64,000 bases of DNA from an uncultured Methanosarcinaceae archaeon (GCA_963833425.1 CAWHXP010000011.1:1-64000); one strand, 5' to 3'. Numbered from the stretch's first letter, positions 35,860-46,212 are shown. The notes: generated by a model from the letters alone, not told the origin. Made by a program: numbers and translations.

Positions 35860-36405
35860 CTGACCAACTGATTTATATTTTAAGCTAGTTTTGCACTATA
35901 AAATGAAAATACATCCTATAAACTATTGGGTCTATAATATAAAATATCAAGTGTTTTCTTGTTTATTAAGTATCAGGGGGAATTTTTCCAAATAATGATA
36001 TCATCAACGAAGTGAAAAATATTTAATGGAATTGGTAAAAGGTACTGTTTTTGAATTTGATTCAATTGATGGTGATGTTGAGCATGTACATTTTTTCGTT
36101 GATGCCGGAACAAAATACTTTCCTTCAAAAGTGATGAGGATAATGAAAAGTATCATTCCAAGAAAAACTTTCAGAGAATACTTTTAAATTAAAACATAGT
36201 TATGGGATCATGAACTGATAGTAATATGGAAATTATTTGGAATTTAGTGATGGTAAGACTTATGATTTAACTAGACGTTCTGTTGAAAATCAGATAAAAA
36301 AGGAAGAAAATGAATCATCTGAGTAATTGAAAATATTTGATTTGGAATAATTCATTTATATCAAAAAAATAGAATGAAAATACTCCGCTCCTTGCAGCGA
36401 TGTAA
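35860..36405 (+). mobile_element. Degenerate IS200/IS605 TnpA remnant between bioY and ECF ATPase
   Basis: GDVEHVHFFV..GTKYFPSKVMRIMKSI HUH motif; boundaries approximate. Confidence 0.65.
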
Positions 36406-36484
36406 GATACCGAAATTTCGATTTATTTAAGGTCCTAGAATATTCAGGAGAACTTAAACAAAGGAGAATAAAGTTTGATTAAGC

Positions 36485-37020
36485 ATGATCAGATTTGAGA
36501 AAGTAAATTACAGTTATCTGATGGAACTCCTGCACTTGAGGACGTGAATTTGACGATACAAGAAGGAATTCATAGGATAATATGTAAAAACGGCAGTAGT
36601 AAATGAAACTTGCCATTCACATAAATGGGCTCCTTAAACACCGAAATGGATGGTAATAATACGATGATGGATACCTGTGACCCTTCAAAGCTTCAAAGTA
36701 TCGAAGGATCATAGATGTCGTATCGCAGAATTCTGAGACTCAGTTTGTGGGCAGAATCGTAGAAGGGATCTGGCTTTTGGCCCCGAAAATCTCTGTCTTC
36801 CTCCTTTAGAAATCCAAAAATGCGCTAATATGACTCTTGATGAAATGGGCTTGAGAAAAGAGATCTCGCTATCCAAAAAATCTTAGTGGTGAACGGATCA
36901 AGTGTGTAGCCCTTGCAGGAATCCTTGCTATGAAGCCTGAATGCATTGTTTTTGATGAGATAACTTTCATTCTCGATCCTGACCCTGGAACCGTTATCCA
37001 CAAAAGCATAAAAAAATAGA
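36485..37020 (+). pseudogene. ECF-transporter ATPase fragment
   Basis: NGSSK Walker A remnant, QNSETQFVGRIVE, AFGPENL, LSG, ALAGILAMKPECIVFDE. Confidence 0.7.
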
Positions 37021-37326
37021 GGAGAAGAAGAAAAAGCACAATTTTTATGCTAAATTTCTGAATTTCTTAAGGTCCATGTGAGATAAGAGAATATTGCTGT
37101 ACTGTTAATTATTTGCATTTATTCACAGTACTTCTGAAAAAACGAAATAATTGATCTTTATTAACATTAATTTATATATCATTAATGACATTAAATGATA
37201 GGACAGCAGGGATAACTTTAGTTTGCCAAATTAATGCATCTCCCACTCCGTTATTTAAAAAAACATGACCATTACTTTTTTGAACTTCGTTTTCCAAAAA
37301 GTTAAAATTAAGGGGTTAATGGTTCT

Positions 37327-37446
37327 ATGGCGTTAGTGGTTATAACAACAGTGGCGTCTTCGGCAGCAGTGTTAGCAGCTGCAGCTTTCAAAATAAAAGA
37401 ATATCATGCTAGCCGTAAAAATAAAGACAAGAGTAAAAGGATGTAG
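37327..37446 (+). CDS. Putative 39-aa small membrane protein
   Basis: MALVVITTVASSAAVLAAAAFKIKEYHASRKNKDKSKRM*; hydrophobic N-half, basic tail, AGGGG upstream. Confidence 0.45.
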   Translation: MALVVITTVASSAAVLAAAAFKIKEYHASRKNKDKSKRM

Positions 37447-38073
37447 ATCCTCCATAATTTTCTATACTTTTAATTTTGAAGCTTAAGCACATGCGATCAA
37501 AAATCGAGTGCATTAGGTATTTTTATTTTGAGTTATTGTTATACAATTTACTATTATATGTAGATTTAGATATAAATATTAAAATTCTTAGTTCTATCTT
37601 GTGCGTTCTATTCAATATATAATTGCTAATTGCATAGTTTTTGCTATAGAACCGTGTACTAATAAGACGAAAATCGTATCTTTTTTAGTTAAAAAAAGGA
37701 TACTGAATCATTTAGAATTTATAATGACTTTGGTACACTAGCTAATTTCTGATGTAATCTGCCCAAATAATATCTTATAGTCGCCATTCAAAATAGAAAA
37801 TATTAAATATAATTATGTATCTAGTACATTACCGTTAGTATATGGATAATATGTATTAGGTTGTCATACATTCGTATGTCTATCCAACAGATCTAAAAAA
37901 CTAAGGATGCCTGAAATATATTCATCAAGTTTGTATCGGTGGATTTCCTGTGGTGGTGAAATTCCTTCTCTATAGGTGCAAGTAGGTGGCAGTTTCAGGC
38001 TTCTAAAACAAAATACCAAGTGTCATGGAAGGGTTTACTCACTCCATCCCTTCCATTCATGCTTTTCAAATTG

Positions 38074-38645
38074 AAGCAATATCAATAATATTCCTTTTAG
38101 TCATCGTATAGGATTTCGATAGAGCCCAACTTCGGCTTGTTCTTAATAAATAATATATAAAAGTTTGTTGACATCAGAGATTTGTCGAATGTTCTATATT
38201 TTAGCATGCGATTAATTTTAACAAAATATAAAGGATGAAATAAATGTTAAAACAAACATCTAGTAGAATTAAAAAGGTACTTGCTATTTTGCTAGCAGTC
38301 CTTTTTGTAATATCGGTGACATCAGTGGCAGCTAGTGCACACTATGGTGGCTGGGGCCGCGGATGGGGCGGCTATGGCTGGGGTCCCGGATGGGGTTATG
38401 GTACTGGTTGTATGTGGGTGGGTGGTAATAATTGGCTCTGCCCTGGATTCAATTTTACATCGGGAATGCCATATACCATTCAAACTACAGCACCTGCAGC
38501 TCCAGCTCCTGCGGCTCCGGATCTAGGTCCAGATGCGGGACTAGCTATATTTCCAAAAAAAGCATCCACATAGATAATTTCTTCAAGTATGTGATTAAAA
38601 CAATGTGAATAATGTTACCCTTAGTCATTGTATAGGATTTTGATA
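38074..38645 (+). repeat. ~48-bp imperfect direct repeats (38074-38121, 38598-38645) flanking one gene
   Basis: AAGCAATATCAATAATATTCCTTTTAGTCATCGTATAGGATTTCGATA vs AAACAATGTGAATAATGTTACCCTTAGTCATTGTATAGGATTTTGATA. Confidence 0.7.
38244..38573 (+). CDS. Small secreted Gly/Trp-rich protein
   Basis: Signal peptide ending AASA; GGWGRGWGGYGWGPGWGYG; Cys pair; Ala/Pro-rich tail. Confidence 0.75.
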   Translation: MLKQTSSRIKKVLAILLAVLFVISVTSVAASAHYGGWGRGWGGYGWGPGWGYGTGCMWVGGNNWLCPGFNFTSGMPYTIQTTAPAAPAPAAPDLGPDAGLAIFPKKAST

Positions 38646-39362
38646 AGCAAGGCATAAAACATTTTAAAATTGACAACAATTTAATAGTAATTTTATTTTT
38701 TTATTATTTCGATATAACATCACAAGGTTGTTAACAAATTACATATTTTACTAGATAAAAACCACTATCATAAAATATCGCTCTTTTTCAAATTTTACAT
38801 TTAATTTTGATAGGCTTCTTTGATAATGGAACTAAAGTTTGTGAAATCTAATTGGCTCTTTAATCCTTTTCCTTCTCTGCAAAAAAATTCGGGTCCTGAA
38901 CCAATGGTATGTTAAAAAGGTATGTTTCTGTTGTTTCATTAATGCACAGTTTCTTGTATCAAAATCTCTGAATTTCCTAAGTTCCATCTAGAATAAAAAT
39001 TATTTAGGATTTATTACTCATGGAGCTTATGGGACTTATAGAACATCTGAATCTCCTGGAACACTTGGAATTAATTAACTTAAACTACTGTTGTAAATAG
39101 AAAAATAAGAAAAAATGATTGTGTATAACTCTTTTAAAAACTAAAAATACGAGTAAACTGAATAATAAACTCAATTTTGCAATACCATAAAAAAATTTGA
39201 GAAATAATCGGGAGAAATGTTTTTGATACTCTTTTTGACAATTAATATACAAGTTTAAGACTAGTAAGCAAAGTATAGTATTTTATAATCCAGTTTTCTC
39301 ATTTGATAAAATACTGGTTCGTAGAATACTTATACGTAGATTATTGTTATGAAACTTATGTC

Positions 39363-39468
39363 TCAGTGAAAACAATAGAATAAGAAATCTTATCAATAAG
39401 ACTATTTGCTCTGCGTCCTACTTTTTGCCGTGAAAGGAAAGGATAAAGAACCAGTCGTATTTTACAGA
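39363..39468 (+). repeat. Dispersed ~105-bp non-coding repeat, copy B
   Basis: Matches 25241-25346. Confidence 0.75.
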
Positions 39469-39479
39469 ACTTTTAGTAT

Positions 39480-39840
39480 AACACCAAAAAACTCAATCGG
39501 AAAGGATAATAATCCCGCTTCCAAGTATGTTTGGTTACTTAACGAAGGACTTATTCTCCGCACAAAAACCACTTGCTGAAACAAATTGGAACAAATATTT
39601 AAGAAAATGGGCATTAACGGAGGATTAATATCCTCATGGATCTCTTCAAAGACCATAAGGGAAACTATAGAAAGTTGGTGCATTAAGGCGGGTATCCTTA
39701 AATCTACTGTATATTTAGGGCAAGGACGTGACAGTTTAACTAGTATGTAACGCCATCAAGGACTAGTCTTTAACGGTAGCTAGATTAGTGAGATCAATAA
39801 GCAATTAACAGTATGGAATGTGATAAAATACTATTTGTGA
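39480..39840 (+). pseudogene. C-terminal remnant of a small tyrosine-recombinase/integrase-like gene
   Basis: NWNKYLRKWA, KTIRETIESWCIKAG, GQGRDSLTSM, HQGL (degenerate R..GH..Y region) with stops and frameshifts. Confidence 0.5.
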
Positions 39841-40028
39841 CCGATTACATTCGGTAAATGCAAAAAGTATTAAAAAAATTTCGACAAAAATCTGGTTCTT
39901 TGATATTTTGTCTAGATCGAAATAATTATACATTTAAATAAATGTTCACGCCAAAGAGATTAATGTAGAATAAAAACTTGATTTTTTTTACATCATATTT
40001 GTTGAAGGATTCTGCATATTGCACACCC

Positions 40029-40246
40029 ATTTAGAAAGCGAATTATAACTCTTCACCTAAAATAGCAACGAGCTTATAATATTAATCGTGTTGTTTCTTT
40101 AGGAAAAAATAATATTGAATTATGAAGACTTTGAAAATAATTAAAAATTATTATTAATATTTAATTGTTTTTGATCGTGAAAAATCTTATGCAGGATCAT
40201 TTTTTGTTTAGAAACTATTTTCCGCATAATTAATTTAAAATAACTA
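40029..40246 (+). repeat. ~220-bp non-coding module, copy 1
   Basis: Nearly identical to the reverse complement of 43235-43454; weaker similarity extends to ~39945 / ~43535. Confidence 0.9.
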
Positions 40247-40444
40247 CGTGGATTATTTTGTATTTAGGACATTTTGATTGGATTATGCCGTAACTACATA
40301 GTTTTTATTAAAAGAGTGTTATGTTAAAAAGCCAAAGAGTTGCTATATTTAGCTAGCTGAAGATAAAAATAAATAAAAATTTTATAAATATTCAGCCTAC
40401 AAATTGGATTTATTTAATCTATTAGATAAAGTTCCTTTATTGTA

Positions 40445-41074
40445 TCAAGCTTTTGAATCGATTTCGTTTGCTTTGGCCCAAGCTTTTTGTGCTTCATCTG
40501 ACTTGCCTAATTCGCTGAGAGAGACACCTTTATAGTGCCAAGCTTTTGAATTCTGCGGGTTAATATCAATTACTTTGTCAAATGCTTTTATTGCTTCATT
40601 TAACTTGCCTAATTTTCCTAAAGCTATGCCTTTATTGTACCAAGCATCTGACAAGGTCGTTGAATTCTGAGGGCTAATTTCAATTGCTTTTTCGTATGCT
40701 GTTATTGCTCCATCGAATTGATTTAAGTAGTATAGATCATTTCCTTTATTGTACCAAGTTTTTGAATCTATTTCGTTTGCTTTGGCCCAAGCTTTTTGTG
40801 CTTCATCGGACTTGCCTAATTTGCTGAGAGCAACTCCTTTATAGGACCAAGCTTTTGAATCCTGTGGGTTTATTTCAATTGCTTTATCATATGCTTTTAT
40901 TGCTTCATTGTACTTGCCTGAGTTGGTCAGAGTATTTCCTTTATGGAACCAAATATTTGTAGATTGTGCCGCGCCGGCGATACTTACTAAGATGAAAAAT
41001 GCTAGCATAGTCATTTCTAAAGCCATTATGATTGTATGCTTTCCACTTGATCTACCATATATTGCTTTTTTCAT
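40445..41074 (-). CDS. Exported TPR protein with internal duplication
   Basis: Signal-like LAFFILVSIAGA; AWY.KG..L...EAIKA.DK.IEINP; LGKSDEAQKAWAKANEIDSK twice. Confidence 0.85.
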   Translation of the reverse strand: MKKAIYGRSSGKHTIIMALEMTMLAFFILVSIAGAAQSTNIWFHKGNTLTNSGKYNEAIKAYDKAIEINPQDSKAWSYKGVALSKLGKSDEAQKAWAKANEIDSKTWYNKGNDLYYLNQFDGAITAYEKAIEISPQNSTTLSDAWYNKGIALGKLGKLNEAIKAFDKVIDINPQNSKAWHYKGVSLSELGKSDEAQKAWAKANEIDSKA

Positions 41075-41684
41075 TTTCAGTCTCCAGATATTCGTTCAGA
41101 TATTAATGATGAAGAATAACTAACCAAATACACATGACATAATAATTTATTCTATAAGTTAAACATTTCTACTTAAAAATTATATTATTAAATTTATTAA
41201 CAGATATTTTACCTAGATGTCGACAAACGAACTCTTTAAAATTTTCTAAATCAAATATTTAAATAATATTTTAGCTCTCAAGGCAGCTATGCAGAAAAAA
41301 GCTTTTAATTTGCACTCTTATACAAGTAAAAAAAACTATGTTGTAATGAGGAACATAGCTATCTAAAAACAATGATAATATGTTTTTCTCTAAAACCTAT
41401 GCATTAACGTAGATATTCTTAAATACAAAGAAACTCGTAATCAAATGCCTTTTTTGAAATGTATATATCCTAAAATGCAGATACATGATCCTGGATATAA
41501 GACATCTTAACTCATCCTTGGTTTCGATATTTATAAACGAGATTTGCCTAAAAATGTTGTTTAAATTTTGTTTAATAGTTAGGATTGTTTGATTGAAAAA
41601 CACTTTTCTCCTGCAAATTCAGTGTTTCAGTTCATAAATCCAAAAATCACTAAATTTTGGGCTAGAGTCCATAAGGATGGATTT

Positions 41685-42353
41685 TTATTTTATCAATCCT
41701 TTATGGAAATACCAATCATAATCATGAGCAAAGCGTTCCTTATTGAATTTTGCCAGCTGGCAAAAATATTCTGTGCGCTGACGATGTATTTCCTCCTGGT
41801 CGGGATATTCAATTTCTCCTCGAATTGCCTTTACCAACTTCTTTCCAAGATCTTGCGCAGGCCCTATATAATTCTCAAGTGCTGAGTTGTCTCTCCCGAG
41901 TATAACTCCAATGCTTCCGACAACTGTAACGCCAAGATTCATGAGAACACCATTCATGTATTTCAAGACTTCGTCATCGCCACTTCCCCCTGCAGTACAT
42001 ACCGAGCACCCAAATTTTCCAGTTAGCATCTGGCAGTGAATAGCATCTGAAAGCCTATCGAAAAGAGCTTTCATTGGAGCCGGAACAGAGTTAATGTAGT
42101 TCGGAGCACCAAGAACAACCCCATCGGCGTTCATAATCTTTCCAAATATCTCCATAAAATCATCAAATAAAGAACATTCACCCGTAGCGTAACAGGCTCC
42201 ACATCCAGTACAATATTCGATATTCAGTTTATAGAGATCAATAAGCTCAGTTTCTGCCCCTGCAGATTCAGCACCTTTGAGTACAGAATTTACCAGTTTT
42301 AAGGTGTTACTTGCATTGCCCCTTGGACTTGCATTGATTCCAATTATTTTCAT
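41685..42353 (-). CDS. Flavodoxin-family iron-sulfur flavoprotein (Isf-like)
   Basis: GINASPR..SNT, CTGCGACYATGEC (CX2CX2CX5C), GAPNY, MKALFDR. Confidence 0.88.
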   Translation of the reverse strand: MKIIGINASPRGNASNTLKLVNSVLKGAESAGAETELIDLYKLNIEYCTGCGACYATGECSLFDDFMEIFGKIMNADGVVLGAPNYINSVPAPMKALFDRLSDAIHCQMLTGKFGCSVCTAGGSGDDEVLKYMNGVLMNLGVTVVGSIGVILGRDNSALENYIGPAQDLGKKLVKAIRGEIEYPDQEEIHRQRTEYFCQLAKFNKERFAHDYDWYFHKGLIK

Positions 42354-42454
42354 TTAGCTCCCTCGACGAAATATTCCAAAATAAGAGGATTCCGATTACT
42401 CGTATCTTCACGAATTGTTTATATATAATTTATAGGCATATGATTAAATTAAGA

Positions 42455-42826
42455 ACTTGTTTGAAATCCTCTCTATACCAATTGATTTAAGGATTAAAAA
42501 AGGTACTTGAGTTGGTACATATGAAAGCAATTGAAGTATCTCGTCTCATCAAAAAATAATTGAAGCTCCTGGAGCTAAAAACTTATGGTGGCGATTTGGG
42601 GAAAATACAGAAGACAGCTGTACGAAATCTTTGACAAAATCAAATACAATCAAAGGAATATAACGGAGACGGCGTTCTCTTTGTCAAAAGGAAGTTTGGA
42701 GAGATATTTCGGGCAAAAAAAGTTCCATAATCAAGTTAAGGAAATTAAACTTAAACTGATAGTCTGCAACATGAATAAAAAAATATCAGAAATAATTTGA
42801 ATCAAATTAAGGATTTCTACAGAGCC
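42455..42826 (+). mobile_element. Internally deleted IS related to 17986-18984
   Basis: KIKYNQRNITETAFS, QVKEIKLKLIV; right end AAGGATTTCTACAGAGCC; left end approximate. Confidence 0.7.
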
Positions 42827-42852
42827 GAATATGAAAAGCTAAAATGTTGGTT

Positions 42853-42923
42853 CATATTAAATTAGCGCACATATTAAATTAGCGCACATATTAAATTAAC
42901 GCCCATATTAAATTAACGCCCAT
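42853..42923. repeat. 17-bp tandem repeat x4
   Basis: CATATTAAATTAGCGCA x2 then CATATTAAATTAACGCC x2; no spacers. Confidence 0.9.
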
Positions 42924-42971
42924 CAGGATCCTAGGAAACAAGAATGTACTAATAGAGTAGCAATCAAAATA

Positions 42972-43200
42972 GGAGATTAAGGGGGTACAGAGCACATTTT
43001 ATGGAAATTATGCATTCCCCCAAATCAGGCGCATAAAAAAGATTGGATGAAAGCTTGGAAGAGTTGTTTCTACTGCCAGCCCAACGAATGCATCTTCGAA
43101 TATATCTCATCGGCAGTATACTTAGTTCGAAATAAGACCAACCTCTTCCAAGCAATTCTCCCCCTACCAGTTGATGATCCCCTTTTACGATTTATTCATT
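42972..43200 (-). ncRNA. Candidate structured sRNA, copy A
   Basis: TATA-like TTATATATT (~43217-43225, - strand); long stem GCTTGGAAGAGGTTG / CAACTCTTCCAAGC; paralog at 44630-44860. Confidence 0.5.
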
Positions 43201-43234
43201 GGTGTTACTCTAGCACAATATATAATTATCCCTA

Positions 43235-43454
43235 TAGTTATTTTAAATTAATTATGCGAAAAATAGTTTCTAAACGAAAAATAATCCTTCATAATATTTT
43301 TCACGATCAAAAAACAATTAAATATTAATAATGATTTTTAATTATTTTCAAAGTCTTCATAATTCAATATTATGCTTTTCCTAAAGAAGCAACACGATTA
43401 ATATTATAAGCTCGTTGCTATTTTAGGTGAAGAGTTATAATTCGCTTTCTAAAT
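43235..43454 (-). repeat. ~220-bp non-coding module, copy 2 (inverted relative to copy 1)
   Basis: Reverse complement of 40029-40246. Confidence 0.9.
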
Positions 43455-44410
43455 ATATGTACAATATGGATCATCTTACAAAAAATTTATTCTGGGAAAT
43501 CGAGTTCTATTCGACGTTAATCTCTTTAACGTGCTCACTTTCAACTAGATAATACTTCCAATTCTAAAAATAGCAAAAATCAAATTTGTGCTCATTTGAA
43601 AGAAAGTGGTTAAAAATTTCTTACAAAAAGTTTGCAAATATGGTTTAAATATAGCAAGCATGTTTTCTAATATATATGGATTGACATATAATAATTTAAC
43701 TTCAAACATATTCTTGAATACATTGGAAGTAATTATCTTATACTCCAATATAAAAATAAAATTATTCTATAGATGTTGGTAAACTTATTTATATATTTTT
43801 CTAATTTTAAAAAAATAGTTAGGGAACTACTTGACGGTTGAATTTTCCAGCGATGCCTCCACCGATGAGCATGAGATATGAGGAATCTAGTGCCGAATAT
43901 ATAGGTGAAGGACATGAATATAGGAAAAAAGCATTCTAAGAAAATCTATTTATCCAAAATTAACGTTAGCTATCGATTTCTTTTTTTTAGAAAGCAAAGA
44001 ATAAATCAAAAAAAATCCGGAAGAAACTCTAGTTTTAGGTAAGGCTCCTGGATATCCCAACTCTTTGATTAGGAATCCCAATATTTTTATTATGTACTTT
44101 TTTTTGCATAGAATGCGAACATGCTTTAAATTAATGCTGTATCCAGCTTTTGAATAAAGATGCCTAAAAGTGCTTTATTACAACAGTTTTTTCTGATCAA
44201 GGCAGTACCTTTACTTTAATTATATAATCGGAGTTTCTATTTTCTTAAATCAAAATATATCAAAAGACACATTTTTTGTATTTACTGTGCACGTAATCGA
44301 TAAAAATTTGTGTATTCTATGTTTTATGGTATGATCGAGTTTATGGCCACATAGGCGAAAATCTAGTTCTTTGTGGTTTCTTGTGATTGAAAATAATTAT
44401 CCAATTAAAC

Positions 44411-44537
44411 GAGGACTTCGGAAAAAATTAAAAATCATTATTAATGTTTAATCGATTTTTAATTATAAAAAAATATTATGAAGGATTATTTTTCTTTTAG
44501 AAACTATTTTTTGTATAATTAATTTAAAATAACTACG
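44411..44537 (+). repeat. Non-coding module, copy 3 (partial, more diverged)
   Basis: AATTAAAAATCATTATTAAT...TATGAAGGATTATTTTTC..TTAGAAACTATTTT...ATAATTAATTTAAAATAACTACG. Confidence 0.8.
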
Positions 44538-44629
44538 AAAAATGATACGGGATTATTTTTCGTTTAAAAACGATTTTTTATATAGTTAGTTTAAGATAAT
44601 TGTGGGGACAATTTTATATTGTACCCCTA

Positions 44630-44860
44630 AACGAACAAATACTTTGAAAAATTAGGAAATCACCACTGGAGTAGAATTGCTTGGAAGCATTGGTCGTATT
44701 TCAAATTAAATTATACTTGTGTGGGTCTATGTTCGAAGTGATTGGGACTGGACAGACAGTAGAGACAACTCTTCCAAGCTTTCATACATTCTTTTTTAAT
44801 GTGCTTGATTTGGCAGAATGCGTAATTTTCTGCAAAATCTGCTCCGTACCCTTTGTCTCC
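44630..44860 (+). ncRNA. Candidate structured sRNA, copy B
   Basis: GGGACAATTTTATATTG promoter-like at ~44605-44621; stem GCTTGGAAGCATTG / CAACTCTTCCAAGC; second stem GCAGAA/TTCTGC; colinear similarity to copy A. Confidence 0.5.
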
Positions 44861-44916
44861 ACCACAAAAAAACAGTGTTTATTGTTTCATTGATGCAGAG
44901 ATTTTGCTATAAAATC

Positions 44917-45200
44917 TGTTCCGTTGCAAAAAAATATGCGGGGGATTCACTGAAATAAGTAGAAATTTAGGAGTATATATTATTCCAGTAAATTCCTTTA
45001 AATAGAAGCATTATGAAGGAGAAATTATCTTATTAAACGTAAGATGGTACTTAAAATATGCATTAAGCTATAGAAATTTAAAGGAAATGATGGCAGAAAG
45101 GGGAATAAAAGTCAACCATTAAGCAATCATAAGGGATATTTGACTTTTGTTTATTATCCATATATTTACATGCTTATTCTGAAATTTTTGCAACGGAACC
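44917..45200 (+). mobile_element. Internally deleted IS6-family element (284 bp)
   Basis: TIRs TGTTCCGTTGCAAAAA / TTTTTGCAACGGAACC; KHYEGEIILLNVRWYLKYALSYRNLKEMMAERGIKVNH. Confidence 0.85.
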
Positions 45201-45331
45201 TGGTAGAAGATTAAAGCAAAAAGTCATATCATCTAATTAAATTTAATCATGATATAACTTAATGCGTAAGTCCGAATTAAATTATGCATATAAATATACT
45301 CAAATTCGCTCTTTTGTCTTATTATAAATGC

Positions 45332-45774
45332 TCATCTTACAGCGAGTACTGATTTATTAGAATGTTGGACCACATTGTCGGAGATACTAGCATTCAGTAA
45401 TCCTTTAACCCCGGTCATCCCGTGAGCGCCCACAATGATAAGGTCAAATCATTTTTTTCTGCAAATTCGATAATGCCTTCTGAAGGGCTTCCTCGAAGAA
45501 TTAAAGATTCGACCTCAACGTTTGCAGCTTTTCCCACATTCTCAACATATGTGATTGCTTCTTTACCTTCTGTTGCGACCTTCTTAGCAAATGCCTTTCC
45601 CTAGTCCTCACTTGTGTCAAGAGTCATCGAAAAGAATGCCATTGCTATCATATGTAAAGCATACAGTTTTGCGCCGGTCATTTTAGCAATTTCAATTGCT
45701 GTATTTACAGCTTTTTCTGATGCTCCAGTACCATCGGTTGCAACCATTATCTTTTTGAAAATACAGTGTTCACA
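45332..45774 (-). pseudogene. Universal stress protein, in-frame TAG plus frameshift
   Basis: FKKIMVATDG, GSPSEGIIEFA, DLIIVGAHGMTG, SISDNVVQHS..SVLAV; TAG at 45601-45603, 1-nt loss near 45445. Confidence 0.8.
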
Positions 45775-46212
45775 CCTATTCCCCCTATTTTACATTATTT
45801 AACATTATAATATATTCCTCAATAAATATTTGCTGGTAGAAAAGCAAGCTTATAAGTAAATGAATATAATTGATTTTTAGTAAAAAATGTATCAGGAACG
45901 CTGGGCGAACATATCCTTTCGCTTGTGCGGGATGCACCAGCGCAAGTTTGATTCAGAATAAATATATTTAATTAAAATCTTAAATTAACTCCAAAAACCC
46001 CTGATTTAGTTTCAGCACTTCGCTAAAATCGGCTCTTTGCAATTTTGTGTGAGTTGAAAATAATTCTCTAGTTGAAGAGTTACCATACTAAAGAGAAATA
46101 TCGTACTTGAGTTTGATTTTCAGCAATAACTTCTCTCAAAGAGTATAATATCTTGCAAGTATATTTAAGAAATGACTTTAAATTACCGCTCAAAACCGCG
46201 ACTTAAATTATT

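Noticed and set aside
42853..42923. CRISPR array
   Set aside because: Contiguous 17-bp units without spacers; no cas genes in the window.
42964..44893. ORFs 42964-43155 (-) and 44681-44893 (+) as proteins
   Set aside because: They overlie paralogous DNA but use different frames with no amino-acid conservation.
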